Source of the DNA: Candidatus Latescibacterota bacterium
GTDB taxonomy: Bacteria > Latescibacterota > UBA2968
Reading direction: 5' to 3'
Length of the DNA: 64,000 nt
NCBI GenBank assembly: GCA_965198115.1
Contig: OZ240241.1
Coordinates: 5,888,001-5,952,000 of the forward strand
The notes beneath the pieces were generated by a model, which was not told where the DNA came from, did no database searches, and worked only from the letters and a program-made list of their open reading frames with translations. Made by a program: the position numbers and the translations under genes. Positions 10,921-21,122 of the stretch are shown piece after piece (position 1 is the stretch's first letter; each line of letters opens with the position of its first letter).

Positions 10921-12093
10921 CTAGTGTCACGTCCCGCGTATAAGCTTCAAAAGTTTATGGACTTTCTCGAGGATTGAATCTGCCGTGGCGGTCCAGACGA
11001 AGGGTGTAGAATTCTCGTTGTAGTGATCAGTGAATTTCTTGATGCAGGCGATCAGGTCCTTGACGCTTCTGAAGGTGCCTCGTCGAATGGCTCTTTGGGT
11101 GATGATACCGAACCAGATCTCTACCTGGTTCAGCCAGGAGGCATATGTTGGTGTGTAGTGCACGTGATATCGTTTCCGTGAGGCGAGCCAACGCTTGACG
11201 TTCGGGTGCTTGTGCGTGCCGTAATTATCGACGACCAGATGGATGTCGAGATCCTTTGGGACGTTCTTGTCGATGTGCTTGAGGAACTGAAGGAACTCTT
11301 TGTTGCGGTGTCTGGGCTTGCACTGAGTCAGAACTTTGCCGGATGCGATGTTGAGCGCTGCAAAGAGGGTGGTCGTGCCGTTCCGGAATATAGCTGTGAG
11401 TGACGCCCTCGACGTATCCGAGACCCAAAGGAAGAATCGGTTGTGTCCGTTCGAGTGCTTGAATCTGGCTCTTCTCGTCTACACAGAGCACCATCGCGTT
11501 GTCCGGTGGGTTCAGGTATAGACCGACGATATCCCTGACTTTCTCGACGAAGAAGGGATCGTTCGACAGTTTGAAGTGCTTCTGTCGATGCGGTTGCAGG
11601 CCAAAAGCTTTCCATACACGTTGAACCGAGGACTTGGAGAGCCCCGTCTCGTCGGCCATCGAACGACAGGTCCAGTGGGTGGCACCCTTCGGTTGCTTCT
11701 TGAGCGTCTTGTAGATGAGGGAGGAGATCTCTTCGTCGCTGACCGACCGTGGCCCTCCAGGACGCAATTCGTCATACAGTCCCATCAAGCCTTGCTCGCA
11801 GAAGCGACGACGCCACTTGCCGACAGACGCTCCGGACAACCCGACTCGTTCCGCGATCTCCTGATTGGTCAGACCGCAATCGCTCATCAAGACGATCTTC
11901 GCGCGACGCACCAAAGCGTGAGACATGCTACGCGAACGAGACAATGACTCGAGTTGATCGTGGACCTCATCACTGATGTTCAGTGGCTGTAACGGACGAC
12001 CTCTAGCCATCGGTTCCTCCCAAGAATGAGTGCTTGAGGAACCATACGACAGAATCGAATATTTTTCTAGTTATTCCTGGGACGTGACACTAG
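10921..12093 (-). mobile_element. IS630-family element copy 2, transposase 12010->10927 with frameshift near 11385
   Basis: Close paralog of copy 1, bounded by ctag at 10921-10924 and 12090-12093. Confidence 0.93.
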
Positions 12094-12134
12094 TGGGCTG
12101 TTACGTTAATCGCCTTTGAAATCAGGAGAGCAGA

Positions 12135-12186
12135 GTCACTTCGAGCCCTTCGTCAGGCTCAGGATAGACTCCGTCGAGAAGTCCCT
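12135..12186. repeat. REP-like palindromic element
   Basis: gtcacttcgagc-ccttcgtcaggctcagga-...-gtcgagaagt. Core matches the reverse complement of tcctgagcgagtcgaaggg at about 45657-45675. Confidence 0.55.
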
Positions 12187-12464
12187 ATTCGCGATTCGTA
12201 ATGGGCGTGTTCTCGACTACGCTCGAACTGACGCCGCTCAGTCTGGCAGTAAAAGTCCAGTACTGCTTTCGTGACAGGCCACGAGTCGCACTTCTGGCGT
12301 GATGCCGATAAGCAGGAGGAACCGCCGGGTTTCTTGGGCACGCCAAATGATGCGGTCGGGTCGCCCATTGTCAACGTCGCTCAGGAGCAGGAACGGTATG
12401 AGCACTACACCGAAGCTGACGGATGTGATCTGCGCACGTTGATTCGTTAAACAAGGAGATTCCG

Positions 12465-13149
12465 ATGCTGTTGTGGGAAATGACTTCGCCTAGTGTTGAC
12501 GCACTTCCTCGCGATATCGTCGTGCTGATTCCCGTCGCGTCGTGCGAACAGCACTCTCTTCATCTGCCGGTGTGGACGGATAGCTTCATCGGTCAGGAGG
12601 TGGCGCGTCGTGTTCACGAGAAGGTGCCAGACGACGTGCTCGTGCTGCCGGTGCAATGGCTCGGCTACTCGCAGCATCACGCCCGGTATCCGGGTACGGT
12701 GACTGCCGTGTCGAGGACGCACCTGGATCTGATGATGGATATGGTCGACTCGATGGTTCGGCACGGATTCCGGAAGATTCTGCTGCAGAATTCGCACGGC
12801 GGAAATGGCGCCGGAATCCAGGTCTTACTTCAGAGGCTGATGGAGAGGTATCCAGAGGAAGAGGCCGAATTCTACTCCCGATGGGCCTGGGGGTCGGGTG
12901 AGCGACTCGACGAGATCCGCACGCTCGACAACAAAGGCTCCGGCCACGCTGGATCCGGACGGAGAGCGGGACGGAATGCGAGTTCCCGGGGTAGCCAGCT
13001 ATCACCGGTTCGATCAGCGAACGGCTCACGGAGGTGTTGGCGATCCGCGTCCGGCGACGGCGGAGATGGGAGAGGCGTTGCTCGAGGTTTCGGCGGAGGA
13101 AGTGGCGCGTGACGTTCGAGCTATCCGTGCGTTGAGGCCCTTTGGGTGA
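12465..13149 (+). pseudogene. Creatininase family protein with internal deletion/frameshift near 12950
   Basis: EQHSLHLP--TD, GYSQHH, NSHGGN, GHA. The expected GExETS segment is missing; C-terminus GGVGDPRPATAEMG is in another frame. Confidence 0.85.
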
Positions 13150-13219
13150 GGAGGCGTATGATGAAATCTGGCACCTCGGGCGTTGCCGTAGCCGGCCACA
13201 CGGCTAGGAGTCGCGACCG

Positions 13220-13950
13220 ATGAAACGAGACTGGAAATCTGACGAATTCCTGAAAATGGTCGCGCTGGGCGAAAGTACGACGGCCGGGGGGTGGAGCACT
13301 GCGCCCGAGCGGTGCTGGGTTTCGGTTCTGGCAGCGGTCATCAACGATTTTCAATCCACGTCGATGGCGTTCGTCTATTCGGGGATCGGCGCAAACGTCA
13401 TTTCCTCCCGCAGTCCCTGCTATGAGCATAGCGGGAAGCCAGCAGCGGACGAGCGTCTCGACAAGCACGTGATCGCTCACCAACCGGATCTGCTCATCAT
13501 CTCATACGGACTGAATGACGCGCGAGGCGGTACGCCGCTCGATTTCTTCGGAGAGCGTCTGATCCATCTGGTACGTAGCGTTCGCGAGCGCGTTGACCCC
13601 GTGATCGTTCTTCCCGGCCCCTACTACATGACCGATTTCACTGTGGGGGGCGTTCAGTGGAGCCACTCCGACCCTCACTATTCAAGAAATACAACGAGAC
13701 TATCGCCGAAACGGCGAGTGAACAGGACTGTCTGTACGTCGACCTGCTGGCGGCAAACGGAGAAACGGACTGGATGGTGCATTGCGATGGAGTGCACCAG
13801 AACGACCTCGGGCATAGGATCATCGCCAACCGAATCTTCGAGGTGCTGGCTCAAAACTGCTCGTGTCTGGCCAGGCAGACCCAGGAAACGGAAAAACACA
13901 GTCCAAGGTGGCGGGACGAGTCGACCCTTCGGGCGGATTATGGACATTGA
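13220..13950 (+). CDS. SGNH/GDSL hydrolase, frameshift near 13670
   Basis: ALGESTTAG, YGLND, DGVHQNDLGH. Confidence 0.85.
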
Positions 13951-13977
13951 TCAACGCACCGTCGAGACCGGAATGTG

Positions 13978-14901
13978 CTACCCCTCGGCTCTGGGTCGGT
14001 TCCGTTGGTTCTGGCCGTGATAGCGGAAGCCCGGGACGTTGTCGGCGCAGTGGGTGCCACGGAAGAGGGTCTGCCGCATCGGGGGCATTTGGGCGACGAG
14101 TTCTTCCGGCGGCTGCCACTTGCCCCAGCGTGAGCCGACGCTGTTGTAGAGGTTGAAGATGGCGACGCGGGCATTCTCGGTGTTGGTCCAGGGGCACGTG
14201 CTGTGCGCGAGGGCCTCGGTGAAGAAGAGGACAGAGCCAGCAGGGCACTCGTAGGTATCCCAGACTTCAGAGTGGCGGTCCTGTATGGATTCGGGTGCGG
14301 TGTAGGCGGCTTTGTGGCTGCCGGTGGCGAGGAGGGTTCCGCCCTGTCCGTATTTGACCGGGGCGAGTTCCCAGACCACACGTGTCAGACCGCTAAAGGC
14401 TTTGCCGGGGACGCACTGGTAGTGGTGGGAGTCGACGGCGAAACGGAAGAAACCGCTGCCGTTGTGCGGGCCGAACCTGCCCTGATTGTCCGGGTCGGCG
14501 GAGGGAGACCGGATGTTGGAGCCCTCCATGCGGAATCCATAGCACTCGTGAGTCGACAGGTGCGGGTGGGCGAGGAATTCGTTCAGGAATCCGACGACAA
14601 CAGGGTGGTCGGTCAATTTCTCGAGGGGGCCGGATATGTAGTTGCGTTCGTGCTCAGTTAGGGACTCGGGTTCATCACGGACCCGTTCGGCGTGGCGTCG
14701 CGTGTCGTCGGCCACGTCGGCATTCAGTACGCCGGGGACCAACAGCCAGCCGCGAGCGTCGAAGATGTACTTTTGCTCCTGCGTCAGTTCGACGACGGGT
14801 TCGCCATCCGCGTTGACGCGAGGAAGATCATCGGGGTCGAGCTGGAGTTTTTCACCGAGGTTCTTGTCTACGACGAAGGGTTCTTGGTCAATGACGGTCA
14901 T
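13978..14901 (-). CDS. PhyH-family Fe/2OG enzyme with H-x-G metal motif
   Basis: LTQEQKYIFDARGWLLV, PHNG, GGTLLATGSHK, FTEALAHST. AAGGAGG RBS before ATG 14901. Confidence 0.85.
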   Translation of the reverse strand: MTVIDQEPFVVDKNLGEKLQLDPDDLPRVNADGEPVVELTQEQKYIFDARGWLLVPGVLNADVADDTRRHAERVRDEPESLTEHERNYISGPLEKLTDHPVVVGFLNEFLAHPHLSTHECYGFRMEGSNIRSPSADPDNQGRFGPHNGSGFFRFAVDSHHYQCVPGKAFSGLTRVVWELAPVKYGQGGTLLATGSHKAAYTAPESIQDRHSEVWDTYECPAGSVLFFTEALAHSTCPWTNTENARVAIFNLYNSVGSRWGKWQPPEELVAQMPPMRQTLFRGTHCADNVPGFRYHGQNQRNRPRAEG

Positions 14902-15029
14902 GGGTCCTCCTTGTTGTTGGCTGGGCAGTTGCCTATCTGTTCTATCGTTCGCGGACGTGCGCCATTGGTCTTCGTGTTTCGTTCTGCGTTCCTTGATGGC
15001 GGCGCGATTTCCTTTGACTGGTCGCATAG

Positions 15030-15095
15030 ACCCAGGGCTTGTCCGCAACCGGCGGTGATCGGCCTGGGCTAAATCTCCCGCCCTTTCAGGGCGGA
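15030..15095. repeat. REP-like palindrome
   Basis: acccagggc...gcctgggct followed by ccgccctttcagggcgg hairpin. Confidence 0.5.
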
Positions 15096-15108
15096 AACGC
15101 CGGCTGAA

Positions 15109-15432
15109 TCACGACGATTTGAACGCGCCGAAGGCGAAGGCTTCTTCCATCTCTTCCATCACGGACTTGCCCTCGTCGTCGGTGACCATCATGGTGGCCA
15201 TGTATTTCAGCCAGCGTTCGGCCACGGGGCCTTCGTGACTGCGGTCCAGATGCTCCTTCGATGCTGCGGTGGCAAAGAGAAAGAGACGGCCGTGATAGTG
15301 GTAGATGATCATATTCACGTCCTGATCCCGCATGGCTTCGACCATCTCCGGCCAGAGCTCGTCGTGGGCCTTCTTGTATTCCGGATATAGATCAGGATCC
15401 TTCAGCTGATAGGTCATTCCAACGGTATACAC
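15109..15432 (-). CDS. L-rhamnose mutarotase family protein
   Basis: EYKKAHDELWPEM, IY...LFLF, W--YMA. Confidence 0.8.
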   Translation of the reverse strand: MYTVGMTYQLKDPDLYPEYKKAHDELWPEMVEAMRDQDVNMIIYHYHGRLFLFATAASKEHLDRSHEGPVAERWLKYMATMMVTDDEGKSVMEEMEEAFAFGAFKSS

Positions 15433-15458
15433 GTCATCCCCCTACGCGAGAACTGCAC

Positions 15459-17006
15459 ATGATCACAACCTACGATCCAGAGAAGCACTACGAACGAATC
15501 GGTGACCAGACGCAGTACTTCCTGGACGATACGGTTCTGGAGTGGGTGAAGAATATCACACGCACGCACCATCAGGCAACAAAACACGCCGAGAATCCCG
15601 TGCTTCAACGAGATCGGCCGTGGGAGGTGAATCCCCATTTCAACACGACGGTCTCGATGATTCAGGAGCCGGACGGGACCTTTCGATGCTGGTATCTGGA
15701 CTTCACCTTCATGGCCTTCGAAGGGGGTGGGGCTGAAGGCCAGGCTAAGCCGAAAATCACTTACGCGGAATCTTCCGACGGGATCCAATGGGAGAAGCCC
15801 GCGCTGGGAGTGGTCACCGTCGACGGGAACGATACGAACCGGATCGCTTGGGACGAAACTCACGGAACCCCGGTCGCGCTCTGCGTGATCCGCGACGACC
15901 ACGATCCGAGCCCTGAGCGACGTTACAAGATGGCCTTTCTGCCGGAGAAGTATAACGTCAACCGTCCCAAGAAGACGACGATCTCACACTCCCACTCACT
16001 CGGGTTGTGCTTGGCATACTCGTCTGACGGGCTGAACTGGACCTTGGAGGAGAGAAATCCCGTCAGCACGATCTGGGGAAGCGATGTGCTGACTTTGCTC
16101 TGGGACGAAGAGTTCCAGAAGTATGTTATCTACGGGCGAGCCCACTACGCCGCGGAAACCGGGAATCCGGACGCCGACCAGTGGTTCGTGAAGCACTACC
16201 CGTCTCAGCCGTTCGGGTGGATCCCGAAACGCGCGGTCTACCGGATCGAAAGTGAAGACTTGATCACCTGGTCAGACCCGGTGCGGGTCCTGGCACCCGG
16301 GCAAGGGCATAACCTGGATGACGCGTTCTATGCGCTGGCTTACTTCAAGATGGGGCGCTACCACTGCGGGCTGATGCCGGTGTTCCATATGGTCGCCAAC
16401 ACGAAGGACACGGAGCTGGTCTACAGTCACGACGGGGTGGACTGGAAACACTATCCGCACGGCCCCTGGATCATTCCGCGTGGAGGAGGAGAAGAGTGGG
16501 ATGCCTACCAGATGGACACGGTCATTCCGCCTTTTCGTGTCGGCGACCAGCATTACATCTTCCACGGTGGTGCGGATTTCCATCACGACTGGCATACCGT
16601 GGGTCGGACTCAGGGTCTAGATACGCCCGAGACCGAGCTGACGATCGATCAGCTGAACGAGGCGCTGGGTCTGGCCACGCTGAGACTCGACGGGTTCGTG
16701 TCGCTCGACGCGGGGATCCGAGAGGGCATCATCTGTACGGCGCCCCAGTTTTCTACGGGTGAAAAGCTGATCATCAATGGAAGATGTGAGAAGAACGGAT
16801 ACATCGACGTGGAAGTCGTCGATGCGATGGAGAACAACTGGGCGGACTATCGCCGGGAAGACTGTGACCGTTTCACGGGAGACGACGTGAATCACGTGGT
16901 GTCGTGGAACGGAAACACCGCGATCAACACGATCGTCGGCTACACGCGCTTTCGATTCTACATGAAGAACGCTGAGCTCTACTCGTATCGCATTGCCGAT
17001 GCGTGA
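15459..17006 (+). CDS. Beta-propeller glycoside hydrolase-like protein (GH32/43/130-type fold)
   Basis: Repeated Asp-box-like motifs YAESSDGIQW, YSSDGLNW, ESEDLITW, YSHDGVDW; LRLDGFVSL C-terminal module. Confidence 0.7.
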   Translation: MITTYDPEKHYERIGDQTQYFLDDTVLEWVKNITRTHHQATKHAENPVLQRDRPWEVNPHFNTTVSMIQEPDGTFRCWYLDFTFMAFEGGGAEGQAKPKITYAESSDGIQWEKPALGVVTVDGNDTNRIAWDETHGTPVALCVIRDDHDPSPERRYKMAFLPEKYNVNRPKKTTISHSHSLGLCLAYSSDGLNWTLEERNPVSTIWGSDVLTLLWDEEFQKYVIYGRAHYAAETGNPDADQWFVKHYPSQPFGWIPKRAVYRIESEDLITWSDPVRVLAPGQGHNLDDAFYALAYFKMGRYHCGLMPVFHMVANTKDTELVYSHDGVDWKHYPHGPWIIPRGGGEEWDAYQMDTVIPPFRVGDQHYIFHGGADFHHDWHTVGRTQGLDTPETELTIDQLNEALGLATLRLDGFVSLDAGIREGIICTAPQFSTGEKLIINGRCEKNGYIDVEVVDAMENNWADYRREDCDRFTGDDVNHVVSWNGNTAINTIVGYTRFRFYMKNAELYSYRIADA

Positions 17007-17042
17007 CGTGAACCTTAACTCAGAGCATAGGGAACGAAGCGA

Positions 17043-18119
17043 ATGACCACGCCTCCGAAAGATCTTCATCAGGTCGAAACGCTCACCGAGAGCCAGGTCG
17101 CGCAGTTCAAGCGTGACGGCCTGCTCGTGCTGCCCGAGGTACTCGACCCCGACCTCTGTCGACAGGCGCGGGACCAGCTGTGGGATGTGATCGGGGAGCA
17201 TCGGCCGAGCATGAAGCGGGACGATCCGTCGACGTGGGTCCCGTTTGAGGAGGGGGAGGCGGATCGCCTCCACCGACCCGAGGGCGGCGGAGATGCTTAC
17301 TTTTTCGGAAGCGGTCACCGGCTGTTCACGCGAAACGGTGCGGAAGAGCTCCTGCTGGACACGGCCGTGCGCGCGGTGTGGAACGTGGCCGAGCAGCTGC
17401 TGGGCGAGGTGGTTTGGCCGGCGGGACTGAATGAAGAAGGTGTGACCGTGGGTCCGTGCCTGATGACGGAGAAAAACGTGAATGGCATGGAAACCCACCT
17501 GGGGGACGAGGCTGAAGCGTGGACCGGGAAGGCGACAGGCAAAGTCGAGGAGCTTCGTCTGCCGAAAACGGGGCCCGTCTGGATGAACGCGCAGGGCGCG
17601 CGTGGCCTTTACTGCACGCTGCCGAACAGTCCGTCGCCGAAGGAGAACTATGGGGGGGCACACGCCGAAGCTCTGCTAGAGACGTTCTGGCGACTCCAGA
17701 TCGCGGCTTACATCGACGACGTTCCGCCGAAGGCGGGCGGTCTGACGTTGTGGCCAGGCAGCCACCGGCGGATCTGGGACTACTGGGAGGCCGTACACCG
17801 CGATGTGCCGCCGCCCGAAAGACCAGACGGCGTGCCCGAGTGGAACGGGTATACGGCACCGCCGTTGCCGGACATCAAGTCCGACACGGAACCGATCGTG
17901 ACGTCGGGACTGGCGGGGTCGGTGGTACTGTGGCACGCCAACCTGCTTCACATGGCCGGTCAGAACACGCGGTCTGACGTGATGCGCCAGGCCTCGATCC
18001 ATGCGTTCGCGAAAACACCCAAGTCGGTTCCGGCCGAGATGGTTGTGCGGGACCCGCACGGCGACCTGTGGCGGGATTGGTCGGAGGAGGTGCGGTCGAT
18101 CGAGATAGCAGTTTCGTGA
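17043..18119 (+). CDS. PhyH-family dioxygenase, tandem paralog 1
   Basis: LTESQVAQFKRDGLLV, AHAE, GGLTLWPGSH, LWHANLLHMAG. Confidence 0.85.
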   Translation: MTTPPKDLHQVETLTESQVAQFKRDGLLVLPEVLDPDLCRQARDQLWDVIGEHRPSMKRDDPSTWVPFEEGEADRLHRPEGGGDAYFFGSGHRLFTRNGAEELLLDTAVRAVWNVAEQLLGEVVWPAGLNEEGVTVGPCLMTEKNVNGMETHLGDEAEAWTGKATGKVEELRLPKTGPVWMNAQGARGLYCTLPNSPSPKENYGGAHAEALLETFWRLQIAAYIDDVPPKAGGLTLWPGSHRRIWDYWEAVHRDVPPPERPDGVPEWNGYTAPPLPDIKSDTEPIVTSGLAGSVVLWHANLLHMAGQNTRSDVMRQASIHAFAKTPKSVPAEMVVRDPHGDLWRDWSEEVRSIEIAVS

Positions 18120-18191
18120 GCAAAGGCCCCAACCCCCCGCATCACCGATGCGTGACGTGGACCTCGAGTTGAACCATAAGGAACGGAGCCG

Positions 18192-19271
18192 ATGACTGAG
18201 CTTCCGAAAGATCTTCACCAGGTCGAGACACTCACCGAAACCCAGATCGCGCAGTTCAAACGTGACGGCATGCTCGTACTGCCCGGTGTGCTCGACCCGG
18301 ACCTCTGTGGAAAGGCGCGAGATCAGTTGTGGGATTCGATCGCAGAGCATCGACCCAGCATGAAGCGGGACGATCCGTCGACGTGGGTCCCGTTCACGGA
18401 GGAGGAGGAGGAACGGTTCGCGCAACGTCCGGAAGGCGGGGGCGATGCGTACTTCTTCGGCCACGGTCACCGGCTCTACACGCGAAACGGCGCCGAGGAG
18501 CTCCTGTTGAACACGGCGGTGCGCGGGCTGTGGAGCGTGGCCGAGCAGCTTTTGGGCGAGGGAGAGGTCGTATGGCCGGCCGGCGAGGACGAAGAGGGCC
18601 TGACGACGGGACCGTGCCTGCTGTCAGAGGGCAACGTCAAGGGCATGGAAACCCACCTGGGACCCAAGGCCGAAGCCTGGACCGGGAAACCGACGGGCAG
18701 AGTAGGGGAGCTGCGCTTGCCGAAAACGGGGCCCGTCTGGTCGACCGGGCAGGGCTCGCGGGGCCTCTACTGCACGCTGCCGAACAGTCCGCCACGGTAC
18801 GGTCACACGTCGGCACACGCCGAGGCCCTGTACGAGACGTACTGGCGGCTTCAGATCGGGGCCTACATCGACGACGTTCCCCCGAATGCGGGCGGCCTGA
18901 CGCTGTGGCCGGGCAGCCACCGGCGGATCTGGGATTACTGGGAGGCTGTACATCGTGACGCGCCGCCGCCCGACAGACCCGACGGCGTACCGAAGTGGGA
19001 CGGCCGCTCCGTCCCACCGCTTCCCGAGATCAGGTCCGATACGGAACCGGTCATGACGTCGGGGCCGGCGGGCTCGGTGGTGCTATGGCACGCGAACCTG
19101 CTGCACATGGCCGGGCAGAATACGCGACCCGACGTGATGCGTCAGGCATCGATCCATGCGTTTGCGAAGACGCCCGAGTCGGTTTCGACTGAGGTGGTGA
19201 TGCGGGACCCGAGCGGCGACCTTTGGCGGGATTGGTCTGAGGAGGTGCGGTCTGTTGAGATGGCGTCTTAG
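18192..19271 (+). CDS. PhyH-family dioxygenase, tandem paralog 2
   Basis: Colinear with 17043..18119 with the same motifs; upstream region also duplicated. Confidence 0.85.
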   Translation: MTELPKDLHQVETLTETQIAQFKRDGMLVLPGVLDPDLCGKARDQLWDSIAEHRPSMKRDDPSTWVPFTEEEEERFAQRPEGGGDAYFFGHGHRLYTRNGAEELLLNTAVRGLWSVAEQLLGEGEVVWPAGEDEEGLTTGPCLLSEGNVKGMETHLGPKAEAWTGKPTGRVGELRLPKTGPVWSTGQGSRGLYCTLPNSPPRYGHTSAHAEALYETYWRLQIGAYIDDVPPNAGGLTLWPGSHRRIWDYWEAVHRDAPPPDRPDGVPKWDGRSVPPLPEIRSDTEPVMTSGPAGSVVLWHANLLHMAGQNTRPDVMRQASIHAFAKTPESVSTEVVMRDPSGDLWRDWSEEVRSVEMAS

Positions 19272-19332
19272 GGCAAGTCAAAATGCAAAATGAGTAGGCG
19301 CATCAGGGAATCAACGGCTATCGGGATCTTCG

Positions 19333-21114
19333 ATGGATAGAGCCATTCCAGACGCAACCACCGGTGCCGCATCAGCCCTGGGCAAGACCGGCTTTACAGC
19401 TAACGGACGCGCACATCCCCACGGGCTGTACACCCGCTACTGGTTCGAGTACGGGACCGATTCCTCATTCGGACAGCGTACTGAGCCTGAGCCGCTGCCT
19501 GCCCGTAGGGCCGCCTACTATGCGGAGAGCTGGGATAAGGGATGCAACGGCTGGATGGGTGACTTCGGCTGCCAGGAACAGCATCTAACCGACGGTGGTC
19601 CTTCGAAAGGTTTTCTGCGGGTTACGGAACAGCCGGTACGCAGCGACTTCAACCACGATGCCTCCGGCGTCCTGCACCTGATGACCGGTCTTCACACTGG
19701 ACCGATCAATCCCGACGAGGCCGTTTACCTCGGTGGCGGGGATGGCGACCTTCGAAATGCCCACGTTTCGCTCTACCTACGCGGCCACAACTGGCAGCCG
19801 AACGGCTCGGAGTTCGGCCTCTGGCTTCAATGCCAGAGCAACATCGAGCTCGGTCACGATCCAGGATGGCGACGGGCGAACTACTCGTATTGCTCGCATC
19901 CCCTCACGGAGTACCTGCTCGACGGTGAATGGCGCCGAGTCGAGTTGGACCTGATCAACGACTCAACCCTGTGGACCTATGGGGGCAACAACAGCATTCA
20001 GCAGGGAGCTCACGCAGTCCGCTACGCTTACTGGCCGATCGACCAATGCCTGACCCACGCCAACGTCAATCTTCTCTTTCTGTCGACGTTCGTGAACCCC
20101 GAGAATCCGCCGACCGGCTCGGTAGACTTCGACGAGCTCGAGATCGCCTACTGTAACCGGTCGCTCATCTATCCAGGAAACGGTGGAGAGCTGATCAGTT
20201 GGCCGGAGCGATCACAGGACGACGCCTCCGCGTTGACCGACGGCTGGCGTACCGGCGAAGGTCGCACGTGGTGCAGCGCGCCTGATCCGGTCGATGCGCA
20301 GGAATTCGTCTACCGGTTCGAGCGTGAAGTCGTCGGCGATACCGTACAGCTCCATCAGCACGCCGAGTGGCCTGCGAAGGAAGTTGAAGTTCTGGTTTCG
20401 GATGATGGCGAGCTTTTTCGGAAGGTTCTCGAACTCATCCTTGACGAGTACGACTTGGACAATCAAGGGACCACGTTCGGGTTGGGGCGTGACCTTGATA
20501 TATCAGCTCGTTTCGTGAAGGTTAGGATCCTTTCGGGCTACAGGGATCGGCACTGGGGACTGGGCGAGATCGAGATCTTCGGATCGGGTGCCGAGCTGCC
20601 GCACGACGATGTGGGACAGCACGTCAGCTCCGACATCGTCGACCTGACACCGGACCAGACTTATCACTACCGGATGGTGGCTGAAAGCGATGCGGGCAGG
20701 AGCTATGGAGAGGAATGCACGTTTACGACGCCTGATTCAGAGAAGCCTCTGGCAATGACCGGCGACGCCACTCAAGTGACTGCAACGACGGCGAAACTGA
20801 ATGGTCGCATGAGTTCGATGGGCTGCGTCAGCTACTACTACTTCGAGTACGGAAGGACGCCCTACGAGGACACACCCTTCGGGAACGCAACAAATACCGC
20901 GGTCGAGTGGAAGCGGCCTTTGACGCCTTCTCCACAAGCTGTGCAGATGCCGGTGCCTGGAACGTTCGCCGGCTTACAGCCGACAATGCGTACTGTCGTG
21001 GACAACCTTAAGGATCTGGAGCCGGGTAGCACCTATCATTACAGGCTGGTTGCCGTTAATCAACACGGTGTCGCCTATGGCGGCGACGCTACGTTTACGA
21101 CCTCGGATCGTTAG
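19333..21114 (+). CDS. Hypothetical protein with Fn3-like repeats and discoidin/F5-8-like domain
   Basis: YWFEYGT / LTPDQTYHYRMVAE...TFTT and YYFEYGR / LEPGSTYHYRLVAVN...TFTT; VSDDG...ARFVKVRI...GLGEIEIFG. Confidence 0.7.
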   Translation: MDRAIPDATTGAASALGKTGFTANGRAHPHGLYTRYWFEYGTDSSFGQRTEPEPLPARRAAYYAESWDKGCNGWMGDFGCQEQHLTDGGPSKGFLRVTEQPVRSDFNHDASGVLHLMTGLHTGPINPDEAVYLGGGDGDLRNAHVSLYLRGHNWQPNGSEFGLWLQCQSNIELGHDPGWRRANYSYCSHPLTEYLLDGEWRRVELDLINDSTLWTYGGNNSIQQGAHAVRYAYWPIDQCLTHANVNLLFLSTFVNPENPPTGSVDFDELEIAYCNRSLIYPGNGGELISWPERSQDDASALTDGWRTGEGRTWCSAPDPVDAQEFVYRFEREVVGDTVQLHQHAEWPAKEVEVLVSDDGELFRKVLELILDEYDLDNQGTTFGLGRDLDISARFVKVRILSGYRDRHWGLGEIEIFGSGAELPHDDVGQHVSSDIVDLTPDQTYHYRMVAESDAGRSYGEECTFTTPDSEKPLAMTGDATQVTATTAKLNGRMSSMGCVSYYYFEYGRTPYEDTPFGNATNTAVEWKRPLTPSPQAVQMPVPGTFAGLQPTMRTVVDNLKDLEPGSTYHYRLVAVNQHGVAYGGDATFTTSDR

Positions 21115-21122
21115 ACCGACCG

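Larger units (their letters stand above)
7720..10924 (-). mobile_element. IS630-family element copy 1, interrupted by IS200/IS605
   Basis: Transposase 10841->10601 plus 8567->7720 rejoins in frame (DEKSQIQAL, DNYGTH, SWLNQVE). Ends ctagtgtcgtgtcccgcgaata and tattcctgagacgagacactag. Confidence 0.93.

Noticed and set aside
12465-21114. Integron cassette array
   Set aside because: Mixed orientations, no recurring attC-like sites, no integrase.
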